32,000 nucleotides of DNA from Candidatus Heimdallarchaeota archaeon (GTDB lineage: Archaea > Asgardarchaeota > Heimdallarchaeia > Heimdallarchaeales > Heimdallarchaeaceae). The stretch spans positions 1 through 32,000 of the forward strand of contig DAOVER010000012.1 of the NCBI GenBank assembly GCA_030668875.1, written 5' to 3'. Shown here piece after piece: positions 8,712 to 16,734 of the stretch (positions within the stretch are counted from its first letter, which is position 1; each line of letters begins with the position of its first letter). The notes under the pieces were generated by a model that saw only the letters and a program-made list of their open reading frames with translations, had not been told where the DNA came from and did no database searches. A program made the translations under genes and the position numbers.

Positions 8712-10634
8712 ATGGAAGAGAACATCGTTTTTCCCGAGATTCACCACTTCATTAATTTCCTATCGTCTCAGGAATATGAGCTTTATGAAAAAGAAAAAAA
8801 GGCTTACCGAATCAATTCTTTGACTACACAATATGAAGTGTTAAGAAAGATTTTAGAAAACACCGAGAATCCATCTAATATTCTTCTTTTCATTATTGGT
8901 AAAGTTCTTTATAATTTAGTGGAGTATGATGAAATATACAAATTATGGAATAATTATGAGTCTGTTTATATTCTACTCTGGTTAGGTTTAACTGAATTCA
9001 AAAAAGGCAATTTTACAAAAGCTGAAAGTCATTTCACGAAAACAATTTTCTCAGATGATCCATTACTTAAAATTGAAGGAAAAATTGGTTTAGCAAGAAT
9101 TTCAGATAGAAAAGGCTACAAAAAGGATGCCTCTGTTCTTTTCAAACAAGTCTTTGATCAATTGAATGAAGCAAAAGATGATGAACGTAAGAATCTATTC
9201 TTGGATGCAAAGTTCAGAGGATTAATAGCTGAGCTTTGGACTCAGAGAACCGAAAGAAATGTCGAAGAGATGATAGAGCAAGCTAAAGGATTGTTGAAGG
9301 AAACTGAAAATTACGCTGATAGAATCCACATAGCAAATGTTCATACATTATTAGGAATATATTACAAGTATCTTGGAAAATGGAACATTGCCAAGGAACA
9401 TTTTGAAATTTCACGTACTAATTATAGAGATCTTAATAATCTTAGAGGAGAGGTTGCAGTCATTTCAAATTATTCCGATGTTGAAAGGTTGGAAGGGAAA
9501 CTAGACAGTGCCTTAGGTAGATTATTAAGTATAATTTCATTTTATAAGCAGTGGGATGATAAGAGATCACTAGCCCTAGTCTACTCAACGCTAGCTCAGA
9601 TTTACGCTCAAAAAAGACAATTCAAAACCGCTATTCAAGAGTTTACAAAGTCAAAATCAATCTTGAAAGAAATTGATGCAATTGATGAACATGTAAACTA
9701 TGGCTTAGCAGAATTACTCATTGAACAGAAAGAATGGAATGGATTCAATGAGATTATGGCAGAAATATTGAGTAGGAAGACAGAAAGTGAAGTTTCTCAA
9801 AATCCTACGCTGATGTATCTCTATGGAAAGAAAGAAATTCAAAATCTTAACCTTTCAAAAGCTAGAAGTTATCTTAGAACAGCTCTCAAACTAGCTGGAG
9901 AGAAAAGTCTGGATCATCTTTGTGCAAAAATTCTGATTGTATCTTTACAAATTATTCTTTATAATTACATTTCCCAACCCGAAGAATACAGCTTAATTGA
10001 AGCAAGTAAATTCATTGAAGAATTAAGATTATTCATCGAAGAAACACAGAAAGAAACAATCTTCATGCATTTGATAGAGGAAATAGATGATCACAATAAC
10101 AAGATTAGTCAAGAGAAAGAAAAAGCAAAACAAAGAACTCTTGTTTTAGAGATGCAAAAAACGATAAAAGAGCTAGCAGATTTAATTAGATATAGCACCA
10201 TTCATGGTAAAGAACCAGAGCTTGTTTTGCCAAATCAATTAGTAATATTACATCGGTCAGGCATTCCTATCAAAAGATACATAAAATCAGAGAAAATTGT
10301 TGATGATATTCTATTATTTGGAGGAATGGTTAGAGCAGCTCAAGATATTGTCACAGAGGTTTTCACAAAAGAGGTTGGAAAAGTCATGAAAATAGACTAT
10401 GGAGAAAATATAATTATCTTAGCAGAGTTTGGTGATAAAGATACGGGTATTGTCGTGATTACCTCAAAAGATACTTTTCACCAGAGAAGGTCTTTACATG
10501 AGGCAGTAAAAGATCTAAACAGTGTAATTTTACCACAACAATTCCATGGAGACATTGAGATCAAGAAAGAAGAACAGATTGATAATATCATCAACAAATG
10601 GTTTGGAAAAGGGTACAGGGGAGAAAGAGGATAA
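8712..10634 (+). CDS. TPR-repeat protein with a C-terminal longin/roadblock-like domain
   Basis: Likely start ATG 8712, right after the bshB stop. TPR-like repeats (IANVHTLLGIYYKYLGKWNIAKEHFE; LALVYSTLAQIYAQKRQFKTAIQEF). The C-terminus QLVILHRSGIPI...LFGGMVRAAQDIVTEVF...GIVVIT fits the longin-like domain seen in Asgard proteins. Confidence 0.75.
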   Translation: MEENIVFPEIHHFINFLSSQEYELYEKEKKAYRINSLTTQYEVLRKILENTENPSNILLFIIGKVLYNLVEYDEIYKLWNNYESVYILLWLGLTEFKKGNFTKAESHFTKTIFSDDPLLKIEGKIGLARISDRKGYKKDASVLFKQVFDQLNEAKDDERKNLFLDAKFRGLIAELWTQRTERNVEEMIEQAKGLLKETENYADRIHIANVHTLLGIYYKYLGKWNIAKEHFEISRTNYRDLNNLRGEVAVISNYSDVERLEGKLDSALGRLLSIISFYKQWDDKRSLALVYSTLAQIYAQKRQFKTAIQEFTKSKSILKEIDAIDEHVNYGLAELLIEQKEWNGFNEIMAEILSRKTESEVSQNPTLMYLYGKKEIQNLNLSKARSYLRTALKLAGEKSLDHLCAKILIVSLQIILYNYISQPEEYSLIEASKFIEELRLFIEETQKETIFMHLIEEIDDHNNKISQEKEKAKQRTLVLEMQKTIKELADLIRYSTIHGKEPELVLPNQLVILHRSGIPIKRYIKSEKIVDDILLFGGMVRAAQDIVTEVFTKEVGKVMKIDYGENIIILAEFGDKDTGIVVITSKDTFHQRRSLHEAVKDLNSVILPQQFHGDIEIKKEEQIDNIINKWFGKGYRGERG

Positions 10635-10642
10635 AAATAAGA

Positions 10643-10718
10643 TGGCGAGCCAGAGGCGATTCGAACGCCCGACCAACTGCTCCGCAGGCAGCCATTCTAT
10701 CCACTGAACTACTGGCTC
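10643..10718 (-). tRNA. tRNA-Arg(GCG), CCA encoded
   Basis: Minus strand: GAGCCAG/CTGGCTC acceptor stem, GCTGC-CTGCGGA-GCAGT anticodon arm, GGGCG-TTCGAAT-CGCCT T arm, ending in GCCA. Confidence 0.95.
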
Positions 10719-10945
10719 GTGTTTAAGGACATTTTCAATCTTATATAACTACTCTTTATAGTTTTCGTTCTAATGAAGAGAAGAGTGTTTTTCATAAATT
10801 CATTTTGAAAAAAAGTGAATATTCAAGATAATAAAATCCCAAGAAAGAGGATATCTTTTTAAGATGATTTAAATTGCATGTGAAGTTTTATTAATTACTT
10901 GAATAGGTTGGGATATAACTTACATAAAATCACATTTCATTTGAG

Positions 10946-12157
10946 GTGATAGAGATTACAGAAATTATTGACAACAAAAAAATCAAAGCTTTACTTGCTA
11001 GAGAGAAAAATCTAGAAAGATTTAATTTGAACACATATATGCTTCCAATTGAGAATCCAACAGGGAGAACTGTAACTGTTGGAGGAGAAGAATTCATTAT
11101 GCTTGGATCTTACAGTTATCTTGGTCTAATAAATCACCCCGAAATAATCAAAGCAGCTCATGAAGCGCTTGATAAATACGGTAGCGGAGCAGGTGGAGTT
11201 AGGCTACTAACAGGTACTACTGAGTTGCATAAAAGGTTAGAAAAAAGAATTGCTGAATTCAAACATACAGAAGATTCGATAATTTATAGTAGTGGTTATG
11301 TTACTAATATGACACTCATTTCTACACTACTTGGAAAAGATGATCTTGTTATTATAGACAAATACGACCACCAGAGCATTTATGATGGGTGTATCCTTTC
11401 CAAGGCAGACTGGAAACGTTTCAACCACAATGATTTAGCAGATTTAGATAGGGTTCTAGAAGAACACAGAAAGAACTACGAACGGGTTTTAGTAATAGTT
11501 GATGGCGTTTTTAGTATGGATGGAGATATTGCTCCCATGCCAGAAATAGTTGAGATAGCTAAAAAACATGACTCTTTCACCATGGTTGATGATGCGCATG
11601 GGTTGGGAGCAATAGGACCAAATGGTAAAGGAGTAGAGGACTACTATGATATGAAACCTGGTTCTATTGATATTATGATGGGTACTTTAAGTAAAGCTAT
11701 TCCATCAGTTGGAGGATATGTTGCTGGAAATAAAAAGATGATAACCTATCTCAGATACACATCTAATGCTTTCATTTTTAGCGCTGCTCTACCCCCAGTT
11801 ATGGCTGCAGTTGCATTAAAAGCGCTAGATATAATAGAAACTGAAAAAGATCGTGTTCAAGCTTTACAGAAGAATATTTCTACGTTCATCACTCGAGTCA
11901 AAGAAATGGGTTATAATACTCTCAAAAGTAAAGATACGCCAATAGTTCCAGTAATTATAGGAGATGACATTAAGACATTCAGATTTGCAAAGAAAATGAA
12001 AAAAGAAGGGGTATTAGTTCCTCCAATTGTTTATCCTGCAGTTCCCAGAGATAGTGGGAGATTACGCTGTTGTGTGATGGCAACTCATACAGAAGAGGAC
12101 ATGGAAAAGATTCTAAGTACAATTGAGAAAGTTGGTAAAAGTATGAATGTCATCTAA
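10946..12157 (+). CDS. PLP-dependent alpha-oxoamine synthase (BioF/Kbl/serine palmitoyltransferase family)
   Basis: SYLGL...HP, DKYDHQSIYDG, DGVFSMDGD, DDAHGLG, GTLSKA (PLP lysine) and PAVP...RLR motifs. The GTG start overlaps an SD-like GAGGTGA, so the start is uncertain. Confidence 0.9.
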   Translation: MIEITEIIDNKKIKALLAREKNLERFNLNTYMLPIENPTGRTVTVGGEEFIMLGSYSYLGLINHPEIIKAAHEALDKYGSGAGGVRLLTGTTELHKRLEKRIAEFKHTEDSIIYSSGYVTNMTLISTLLGKDDLVIIDKYDHQSIYDGCILSKADWKRFNHNDLADLDRVLEEHRKNYERVLVIVDGVFSMDGDIAPMPEIVEIAKKHDSFTMVDDAHGLGAIGPNGKGVEDYYDMKPGSIDIMMGTLSKAIPSVGGYVAGNKKMITYLRYTSNAFIFSAALPPVMAAVALKALDIIETEKDRVQALQKNISTFITRVKEMGYNTLKSKDTPIVPVIIGDDIKTFRFAKKMKKEGVLVPPIVYPAVPRDSGRLRCCVMATHTEEDMEKILSTIEKVGKSMNVI

Positions 12158-12220
12158 ATTCATCCTTTTTTCATTTATCGTAGACAGTTAATTTTATTTG
12201 CTTTGGTAGGTAATAGTAGT

Positions 12221-12549
12221 TGAACGAGGCGAAAAGGCAACTTCGGCTTTAGCTGAGGAACCTCCTGACTCCAATAAGTAGATGTAGATGTAAATCTACC
12301 ATGCGAGAGTGTGGCTCTTGGAACAGAAACGACACGCCCTTTATTCAGAGACAATGATGCGATACCGAATGTGGTGACACAAATCGAGATAAATTGCTGA
12401 GGAGAATAAAGGATACGATGAAACGGCCAATCATCTTGGAGCAAACTTGAATAGGGTTCATCTGAACCGGGTAAAGTGCTTAGATGAATGTTGCCGGGAA
12501 GGTCCTTGACGGCTTCCTAACAAAATCAGGGGTATTTTCGCGACGTTCA
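12221..12549 (+). ncRNA. rnpB: Archaeal RNase P RNA
   Basis: P1 TGAACG..GCGAAAA / TTTTCGC..CGTTCA; P2 GGCAAC/GTTGCC; P3 hairpin; CR-I GAGGAACCTCCTGA pairs with CR-V AACAAAATCAGGGGTAT (P4); P5 CTCCAA/TTGGAG; P8 and P9 with GNRA loops; ACAGAAAC; P12 CCTTTATTC/GAATAAAGG; GATGAAACGGC; GCTTAGATGAATG. Confidence 0.93.
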
Positions 12550-12550
12550 C

Positions 12551-12557
12551 TTTTTTT
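12551..12557 (+). terminator. Oligo-T terminator of rnpB
   Basis: T7 immediately after the 3' strand of P1. Confidence 0.6.
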
Positions 12558-12663
12558 AAAATGCATAAATCCGACTATTGTTTTTGTGCAAAATTATGAC
12601 CTACTCGGTAAGTTTATTAAATTAAGAAAGTAATCGTATTAAGAATAGAAAAGGAGTGCTCGC

Positions 12664-14418
12664 ATGTTAAGGAGGTTATTGTACAGTAGAATGCCAGTCG
12701 CTGTTTTTGGATTTATTGTCCTGATAGCAACGGTTGTTTTATCATCTTCTGTACAGTTACCAATGGCTCAAGAATCTCAGAATGAATCAGCAATTGCAGG
12801 TTTTATGGACCTTGAAAATTCCATTTTTAATTGTTCTTTGAACACTGATAACATAATTAGAGGGGAAGATGATTTAGTAATATTTTTCCGGTTCACTTAT
12901 GAAAACCTCACTTATATACCTGATTCCAATATATATTACAATATATCGAATTCTTTAGATGAAAAAATCTACGAGCATAATCTAATAGTGAATACATCAC
13001 TACAATTTAATGAAACAGTTATTTGGTCAACTTTTAACAGTCAAGTAGCAGGTAATTTTTCCGTGACAGCAGTAGCTAATAGTACAGCAACGGGATCAGT
13101 AACTTCAATCAATCATTTTGAATTAGCTGTGTTACCTTTTGGTAAAGTAAGAATGTCTTTCCCTTTCAATCCAGTTTTACTTATAAGAAATCAGAATAAT
13201 GATGTTGAGTGTACGATTACCAATACAGGTGGAACAACGATCACAAACGTTACAGTTACAAGTGAGATTCATAAAACTGGCACTGTGGGCTCAGTAACTA
13301 GATCACATGCAATACCAGAGTTGACTCTGGAAGAGGGAGTCGAATACAATGGTTACATAAGCTTCTTTCCTGATACTTATCTATACCAAAAACATTCATT
13401 TTCTATCACATATAGAACTATTGACGAACCTGAACAAGAACGGACACATCTAAGTGACCCCCTTGAAATAATTGTGATGCCCAATATAACGATTAATGAG
13501 TATGAGATTCCAGTTAATGCAACTGTAGGGGAAACATATAGAATTACGTATAGCGTGACAAATTATGAGGGAATAAATCTAAATATTCTTCCTTATGTAA
13601 GAGTTCAAAACTCCAGTTTCATGCTTTTTGATGAAATGAATCTTGGAAAATCAATTGAGGTTGGTCAAGGTTATCACTTCTATTCAATTGAGGGAGAACC
13701 TCAAATTGATACTTTACAGCAGTATTTGTTTTTCAAAATAGAACTAGAATGGGAAACTGTTTCAGAGACTAAATGGTACTCAAGTCTTTTACCACTTGCT
13801 GTAGTATTAATCACAATCTCTCCTGATGATTCAAGTGTAAACTTCTTTGATCCTATAGTAACATATAGCTTAATATTTGGAGCAATAGGAATCGGAATCT
13901 TTTATTTCTCAAGAGATATGTTCAAAAATATTGCAAAACGGGTTAGAGGGTCCTCTGAACGCGCTTTCCCTGAAGTAACTTATCCTTTAAATAAAGTTAT
14001 TCTTGATGGAAGTAACATCGCGTGGGAAGAAAAAAACACCTTAGATAAACCAAAGATAAGTAATATTGAAAATATGATAAATAGATTAAGCAAAGTTAAT
14101 TTCAACAAGATAATAACTGTTGCAGATGCAGCTCTAAGATATCAGATAGACAATCAAAGAAGACTAGATAAATTAGTCAAAGAGGGAGCAATGAAGATGT
14201 TACCTGCAAGAGTAGATGGTGATAAATTCATTCTACGTATAGCTGAAGAAGAGAAAGCAATGATTGTGAGCAATGATATGTTTAAGGAATTCAGAGAAAT
14301 GAAGAAATGGATAGATCAAAGAAGGATTCCTTATACAATTCTTGATGGTGAAGTATATCTTCACCCAACAGCTGTACAACCAGTTGAAAAGGAAGAAGAG
14401 GAAGAAATATCAGACTAA
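12664..14418 (+). CDS. Single-pass membrane protein: signal peptide, extracellular Ig/CARDB-like beta domains, TM helix, cytoplasmic Zc3h12a/Regnase-type PIN (NYN) ribonuclease
   Basis: N-terminal hydrophobic signal; beta-rich region with 12 N-x-S/T sequons; TM IVTYSLIFGAIGIGIFYF followed by basic SRDMFKNIAKRVR; C-terminal ILDGSNIA, VADAALRY, VDGDKFIL, IVSNDMF and RRIPY motifs. Confidence 0.85.
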   Translation: MLRRLLYSRMPVAVFGFIVLIATVVLSSSVQLPMAQESQNESAIAGFMDLENSIFNCSLNTDNIIRGEDDLVIFFRFTYENLTYIPDSNIYYNISNSLDEKIYEHNLIVNTSLQFNETVIWSTFNSQVAGNFSVTAVANSTATGSVTSINHFELAVLPFGKVRMSFPFNPVLLIRNQNNDVECTITNTGGTTITNVTVTSEIHKTGTVGSVTRSHAIPELTLEEGVEYNGYISFFPDTYLYQKHSFSITYRTIDEPEQERTHLSDPLEIIVMPNITINEYEIPVNATVGETYRITYSVTNYEGINLNILPYVRVQNSSFMLFDEMNLGKSIEVGQGYHFYSIEGEPQIDTLQQYLFFKIELEWETVSETKWYSSLLPLAVVLITISPDDSSVNFFDPIVTYSLIFGAIGIGIFYFSRDMFKNIAKRVRGSSERAFPEVTYPLNKVILDGSNIAWEEKNTLDKPKISNIENMINRLSKVNFNKIITVADAALRYQIDNQRRLDKLVKEGAMKMLPARVDGDKFILRIAEEEKAMIVSNDMFKEFREMKKWIDQRRIPYTILDGEVYLHPTAVQPVEKEEEEEISD

Positions 14419-14463
14419 TAATACAATCTAAAGAAGAGAATTAGTTCAGTTTTTAAATCATAA

Positions 14464-14554
14464 TGAACATAATATTATGTGATTACAAAAACTAAAAAGC
14501 TGTCATAACCGAGTCATTATAAAGCATTTTATTTATATTATAGGTGAACATAAT
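14464..14554 (+). promoter_or_regulatory. Putative operator/promoter of the wHTH gene
   Basis: Perfect 14-bp palindrome ACATAATATTATGT (14467-14480); TGAACATAAT occurs at 14464-14473 and again at 14545-14554 over the SD/start; TATA-like TTATAAA lies between. Confidence 0.45.
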
Positions 14555-15248
14555 GAATATGGACCATGGGTATATTGATATTCCATACAGTAACTTACCT
14601 ACATTAGATGACAGTCTACCTAATGATTACTTCTACAGTAATGAGTATGATTATCTAACAATCCAGGAAGTCCAGTTGCTTCTGACTCTATCTGATTCTC
14701 AGATATCTTATTCCTTTTCAGGCTTGAGAAAGAGAACATCCTTACATCAACACAAATTAACAAAAGCGATAAGAAGATTACAAGATCGTAATTTTCTTTC
14801 AAAGAACGAGAATAGTTCTTACGAATTAACTGATGATGGAAGCATCTACACTAGAAAACTCCTGCAAGAACTGGTAAACAAGAAAGCAGTCAATTCAACG
14901 AAAATACCCAATATTTCTTTAATAAAGAAATTACGCACCACACCTTCTTTAGAAAAAAGAAAAATAGCTGTGGTATTAGAAAAACGATGGTTTAGTAATT
15001 ATCGCTTTCTTTATAGAAGAGAGATAGGAGATTTAATAGAACTTTGTTGGGAAGATAATGAGAAAAATCAATGTCATGTATATTTAAATTCTGAAGGTGA
15101 GATTCAGATCGAATGTTCATCACTCAATCATAAATCAAATGAAACTCAATTTATTATAAACTGGGTTAGTGAAGAGATTCAAAAACATGCTGATGTTGAG
15201 GTACTGATAGAGGAGGAAGACGAATACACTAAGATACCTTATAATTAA
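14553..15248 (+). CDS. Winged-helix domain protein with an uncharacterised C-terminal alpha/beta domain
   Basis: SFSGLRKRTSLHQHKLTKAIRRLQDRNFLSKNENSSYELTDDG is a wHTH pattern. ATG 14553 is chosen for its spacing from SD-like GGTGA (the ORF track uses GTG 14544). Confidence 0.75.
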   Translation: MNMDHGYIDIPYSNLPTLDDSLPNDYFYSNEYDYLTIQEVQLLLTLSDSQISYSFSGLRKRTSLHQHKLTKAIRRLQDRNFLSKNENSSYELTDDGSIYTRKLLQELVNKKAVNSTKIPNISLIKKLRTTPSLEKRKIAVVLEKRWFSNYRFLYRREIGDLIELCWEDNEKNQCHVYLNSEGEIQIECSSLNHKSNETQFIINWVSEEIQKHADVEVLIEEEDEYTKIPYN

Positions 15249-15310
15249 CGTTTCTTGGTACAAAAACATTAAATATTCAAATCTATAAAAATGAACAAAG
15301 GTGAAATGTA

Positions 15311-15979
15311 ATGATGAATGCACCAAATTTCAATGGGGTGAATGGAAACCCATTTACTGAACTCAAGCATGGAACAACTACAATTGCTTTAAGATTTAAA
15401 GACGGTGTAGTTGTAGCTGCTGATAAAAGAGCTTCTATGGGCACTTTTGTCGCGTCTAAAAAAGCAGAAAAAGTACATACACTGAATGATTTTACTGTTG
15501 CTACCATTGCTGGGCTAGTTTCAGATGCTCAATACTTAATTAATCTTACAAGAGCAAACATCAATTTATATGAACTAGCCAGAGGTTATCCTCCAACATC
15601 AAAAATGGCTGGAAATCTGTTAGCATCTATTATGTATGAACAGTATCGACAATACTTCCCATATTACGTTAATATGATTGTAGCAGGTCTAGACAAAGAG
15701 GGACCACATGTATTTAACTTAGACATGGCCGGTGGTATAACCGATGAAGATTTTGCATCGACTGGTTCGGGATCGTTAGTAGCTATCGGTGTCTTAGAAT
15801 CTACATGGAAAGCAGACTTACCTGAGAAGGAAGGAATTGCAATAGCTATCAAAGCACTTGTAACTGCTATTAGTAGAGATACCGCTACTGGTGATGGTAT
15901 GGATGTAGCCGTTGTCAATAAGAAGGGGGTAAAGAAGTTAAAACCCGAAGACATTAAATTCATTTTGGAGGCATTATAA
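15311..15979 (+). CDS. psmB: 20S proteasome beta subunit, catalytically intact
   Basis: Propeptide, then HG|TTT with Thr1, Asp17 (AAD) and Lys33 (AEK); GSGS motif; RDTATG. Confidence 0.96.
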   Translation: MMNAPNFNGVNGNPFTELKHGTTTIALRFKDGVVVAADKRASMGTFVASKKAEKVHTLNDFTVATIAGLVSDAQYLINLTRANINLYELARGYPPTSKMAGNLLASIMYEQYRQYFPYYVNMIVAGLDKEGPHVFNLDMAGGITDEDFASTGSGSLVAIGVLESTWKADLPEKEGIAIAIKALVTAISRDTATGDGMDVAVVNKKGVKKLKPEDIKFILEAL

Positions 15980-16636
15980 ATGTTAGGACCACAATCTATG
16001 GGATATGACAGATCTCCTCTAATGTATTCTCCTGAAGGTCGTATTATACAGACTGAATATGCAAGAGAATCAGTAAGAAGAGGTAGTATTGGAATAGGTA
16101 TTAAAAGTAAAAACGGTGTTGTACTAGCAGGTTTGCTTCGTGTTGTTGATTTAAACGAGCCTGATCATAAGATACACAAAATCGCTGATAGAGTTCAAGC
16201 TATATTTGCTGGAGTAGCAGCTGATGGGCGTATTCTTATAAGTCGAGCTAGACTTGAATCTGAGATATTCAAACTCACTTATATTGAATCAATTGATGTA
16301 CGTGGACTTGCCATAAAAATAGGTGACTACGTTCAATTATTTACTCAACAAGGCGGTCTTCGTCCTTTTGGTGTAGGAATGCTTTTTGGCGGACTCGATC
16401 AAACTGGTCCAAGTTTACAATTTGTTGATCCGGGTGGTGGTGTGGTTTCATGTAAAGCTAAAGCAATGGGTGAAGGTGATTCTGAAGCAATTGCTTATCT
16501 TAAAGAAAAATACACTGAAGAACTAACCACAGATGAAATGGTTGAGATCGCTAAAGAAGCGATCAGAAAAGCATCTAGGGACGCAGAACTATCCGAGGAA
16601 AATATCGTTATAGAGATTATGCCAGCTAAGGCTTAA
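15980..16636 (+). CDS. psmA: 20S proteasome alpha subunit, divergent and short
   Basis: GYDR...YSPEGRIIQTEYA gate signature, GIKSKNGVVLA, FAGVAADGRIL, GGLRPFGVGML and DPGG; abuts the psmB stop. Confidence 0.93.
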   Translation: MLGPQSMGYDRSPLMYSPEGRIIQTEYARESVRRGSIGIGIKSKNGVVLAGLLRVVDLNEPDHKIHKIADRVQAIFAGVAADGRILISRARLESEIFKLTYIESIDVRGLAIKIGDYVQLFTQQGGLRPFGVGMLFGGLDQTGPSLQFVDPGGGVVSCKAKAMGEGDSEAIAYLKEKYTEELTTDEMVEIAKEAIRKASRDAELSEENIVIEIMPAKA

Positions 16637-16639
16637 TCC

Positions 16640-16690
16640 ATTTCTTTTCTTTCACAATTTTATTTTATTTCATTTTACTTCTTTATTCTT
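16640..16690 (+). terminator. T-rich terminator region after psmA
   Basis: TTTCTTTTCTTTC...TTTTATTTTATTTCATTTT run directly after the stop. Confidence 0.45.
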
Positions 16691-16734
16691 GAATAAGTAT
16701 TTAAGAAAGAATCTCTTACATTTTAGAGAGGATA

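Noticed and set aside
10946-12157. Calling the gene bioF
   Set aside because: There are no neighbouring biotin genes and the motifs do not discriminate BioF, Kbl and SPT, so the symbol was withheld.
12175-12444. 89-aa minus-strand ORF
   Set aside because: It is antisense to the RNase P RNA and is a shadow ORF caused by the higher GC of the structured RNA.
14464-14485. ACATAA-TA-TTATGT as a dif site
   Set aside because: The spacer is 2 nt rather than 6 nt, so an operator is more plausible.
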